This document shows, in pieces, positions 58,925-64,000 of a stretch of 64,000 bases of DNA. Made by a program: the position numbers and the translations under genes. This DNA is from the human T2T-CHM13v2.0 reference genome, Homo sapiens, in assembly GCF_009914755.1 (NCBI RefSeq), contig NC_060927.1. One strand, 5' to 3'. Positions within the stretch are counted from its first letter, which is position 1. Every line of letters begins with the position of its first letter. The notes beneath the pieces were generated by a model, which had not been told where the DNA came from, searched no databases, and was given only the letters and a program-made list of their open reading frames with translations.

Positions 58925-60532
58925 TAAATAATTTTTCTTGGTGTCTGAAATTTATCTGCATCCTCTGTTTAGTGCTCAAAACTGCGGTTAATCAGGTAGA
59001 TAAATAATCAGTGAGACTCTAGCTCTTAAAAAAAAAAGTTAAGGAGGCTTTGAAATCCCTCATCCTAGAAAACAGGTGGTTAATGTTGAACCTCAAATGC
59101 GCGCGTTCCTCCTTTTACTCTGCTTCATCAAGTAGCCTGTGTAGCGAGGCGTGCTCGTGATTAAGTATTTTCTCCATCCCTTGGCCTCTTTCATTTCCTC
59201 TTCCTGTAAGTCGCATGCTCCTGGGAACATGCACTTGCCCAGTTGTTTGTAGAGCAAAACCCAGAGCAAAGAGTTGCCTGTGTAATTAGTCATCTTCTTA
59301 TTGAACAGGAAGTGTCTTGGGGTAGGGCTGAGCCTCTCCTTCTTAGCTATCAGTAAGGCTGGGTTTTGTTCCTGGTTGTGCAACTGACTCCCCAGGTGGC
59401 CTGGGGAAATTATGTCATCTTTCACTTGCCGCCTATCTGCCCAAGAGAGGAATCCTGGGGAGACTAATTCTGAATGAGATCATACTTGAGAAGACAGAGA
59501 TTACTTTCCCAAGAAGAGGATTGTTTAATTGTCTGGTTTTGTGTTTTGTTTTGAGACAAGGTCTTGCTCTGTCACCCAGGCTGGAGTGCAGTGGCACGAT
59601 CTCAGCTCATGCAACCTCTTCCTCCTGGGCTCAAGCAGTCCTCCCACCTCAACCTCCCAAGTAGCTGGGGCTACAGGTGCACATCACCATCTCTGGCTAA
59701 TTTTTATATTTTTTGTAGAGACAGGCTTTCGCTATGTTGTCCAGGCTAGTCTTGAACTCCTGGGCTCAAGTGATCCACTTGCCTCGGCCTCCCAGAGTGC
59801 TGGGATTACAGCATGAGCCTCCACGCCCAGCCCTGCATAATTTCTTTTAAGTCTTAGTTATTTTTGTAATGGTACTGTCCCCCGGAGAAGTCCATCGTAA
59901 GTATTGAGTGAAATAGATTTCCTTGTTCCTCTAAATACTAAATATTATAAAAGCTTTACATATATTATCTCTCATCCTCAGAGAATATGTGCAATTCATT
60001 CCAAAAGAATCTACTCTATCCTAGATTCTATGTCAGGTGGCATTTTAGAGGAAGAATCAGTCAGTAATGAAATAATGCACACAAATAAGTATAAAACTGC
60101 TACCTGTGACATGTGTCATATAAAAGAGATAGAGTGTAAGATGAAAACTTAAATAGGGAGCTTGGTCTGGTCTGGGGATCAGGAATCTTCTTTCTCTTGC
60201 ATCATCTGAAAATAATGAGTAGCTAAATGCCAACAATGGGGGATTCTTTTCAAAGAATAAAAACATAACATCAAAGTACGATAATAATACAGTTGGGCAA
60301 ATTCAAGTTACCCAAACTATTAAGCTTTATTTTTGTAGATTTTTTCTTTTATTACCTATACTTAATGTTTCAGGTGTTATGTCCTTTTTAATTTTAATAT
60401 GCCCCTTTTACCTTTAATTCCACCAAATATACATTCCACCAAATAATATATGTACATAATATATGTACATATATATTCCACCAAATAATATATGTACATA
60501 TATATACATATATATGCCCCTTTTACCTTTAA

Positions 60533-61069
<537 letters not shown>

Positions 61070-61319
61070 TGAGCCACTGTGCCCAGCCTCAAATGATATT
61101 TTTATCATAACTGGGCTCTCTTGTTGTCAGCATTTGCCTACTGTGTCTTTATCCTTTTCACCTTCTGAATCCCTTTATTTTACAGATCTTTTTTTTTTTT
61201 CCTTTTTTTTTGAGACAGTTTCAGTCTGTTGCCCAGGCTGGAGTGCAGTGGCGTGATCTTGGATGACTGCAACATCGGCCCCCCCGGGTTCAAGCGATTC
61301 TACTGCCTCAGCCTCTTGA

Positions 61320-61538
<219 letters not shown>

Positions 61539-61612
61539 TGACCCACTCTCAGATCCTTTAAAAAAGATAAATGAGTATATCTATTAACATTTATTGGCAT
61601 AACATATACTTG

Positions 61613-62050
61613 GTGTGGTGCCCATAGAAGTGCCTAAGACCTGCCTTTCAGAGAAACTTCTGGAGGAAGCACAGCTGAGTTGGCCGATAGCCTCCAGCTG
61701 CCCCACAGCATTTACATGAAGCCATGGCTCCCCATGCTGCTCCCCACCAATCACTGAGCCAGACCAGGCAGGTCATTCCTGCCCATGTGGCACTCTCTAA
61801 TTGGAAACTTTGGCTCAAGGACTCCCCATCAGTCTGGCTGAAATATTCTCAGAACTGTGCTGGGGTCTGAGGCTCTTCCTACCCAACTTTTCCTTTCTCC
61901 TCTGCTTTCTCAGGTGCCAAACTGCCTGCATGATGGTGTGAAGCCTCCCTCTGCCTATTCCCACTCCCTCCTCCTTTATCCTTCACACTTCCTGAAATAG
62001 ATCTCTTGCACATCCCTCCCCATCTTCTCAGAGGTCCCACATGGACACGA
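61613..62050 (+). mobile_element. Old ERVL LTR (LTR16-like)
   Basis: ttggctcaaggactccccatcag...ggtctgaggctcttcctaccca...tcttctcagagg; subfamily tentative. Confidence 0.45.
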
Positions 62051-62256
62051 CTGAACTGAATTCGGCAATGCTATGTTTTCCAGGGTTAGTGCCTTCTAGG
62101 TTCACTATCTTTTGCTTTATGGATTGTCCTCATGTTTTTTGTTTTTGTTTTATCAGGGGTTCTTTTGTATGTATGTGTTCTTTCTCATATTGGGAAGTTT
62201 ATAGCTTGCTTTAATTCTTCTGGTAAACACCTTGATAACTCTATATGAAATATTTA

Positions 62257-62583
<327 letters not shown>

Positions 62584-63182
62584 TCATGGAATGTAGATGT
62601 GTGACCTCTATGCCAGAAGTAGACTACATGCAGAACTGTTCCATACTGAAATATATCTATCCACACTTAATTATTCACCAATGTGCAACCCCTGGCAAGG
62701 ATTTCTGGGCATCTGGAAACTGGATTTCCGACTCGGAGTGCGCTGCCGACTTCTGCCATGTGTTCTGCTGCTGATCTTTGTCAGAACAGCTCTTTCCTGA
62801 CTCTACTCTTGTCCTGGCGTTAGTGCCTTGAGACAATATCTAATGTTTCTTTGTTATATGTGACGAGGACATTAACACACTTAATACTTCTCCCCACTAA
62901 CTGGACTTCTACCTCCTGATTTTTATTAGTTATAAAATTATTTTTGGCTCATCTGGTGATTCCTTATATAGTTTCAAAATAAATGTTTAAGCCTCTGTGT
63001 ATTGATGTATCAGTCACAGAGTTTCTGTTCTATTTACTGTATCTGTTCTATCAACTCATTCTCTACCAAGAAAAATGAGAAAGTTAATAGACCTATATTG
63101 CCTCTCAAATGCTCCTTGATCCTTCCTTCAGAATATATACATACACCCCTGGAAGCATGCAGTCTCTTCCCATTGTCAAATA

Positions 63183-64000
<818 letters not shown>

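Overview
This is primate, almost certainly human, genomic DNA with the MAP3K13–TMEM41A–LIPH gene order known from chr3q27. On the + strand lie the last two coding exons and a long (~6.7 kb) 3'UTR of MAP3K13 (LZK). On the - strand lie the complete 5-exon TMEM41A gene (795-nt CDS, 264 aa, CpG-island promoter at ~20.2-21.1 kb) and exons 2-10 of LIPH (lipase H / mPA-PLA1alpha); LIPH exon 1 is beyond the window. All exon boundaries were placed by GT-AG and reading-frame continuity. The rest is very Alu-dense (roughly 60 copies by eye), with MaLR solo LTRs, Tigger/MER DNA transposons, old L1/MIR fragments and microsatellites. Most ORFs in the supplied track are Alu or low-complexity artefacts. I found no new biological system. 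The most notable unexplained structure is a 101-bp, 98%-identical non-repeat inverted duplication with fold-back junctions (23584-23684 vs 24280-24380). Also notable are the direct Alu pair with an exact 985-bp offset around LIPH exon 4, inverted Alus hugging catalytic exon 6, convergent poly(A) signals of MAP3K13/TMEM41A about 540 bp apart, and several local duplications.
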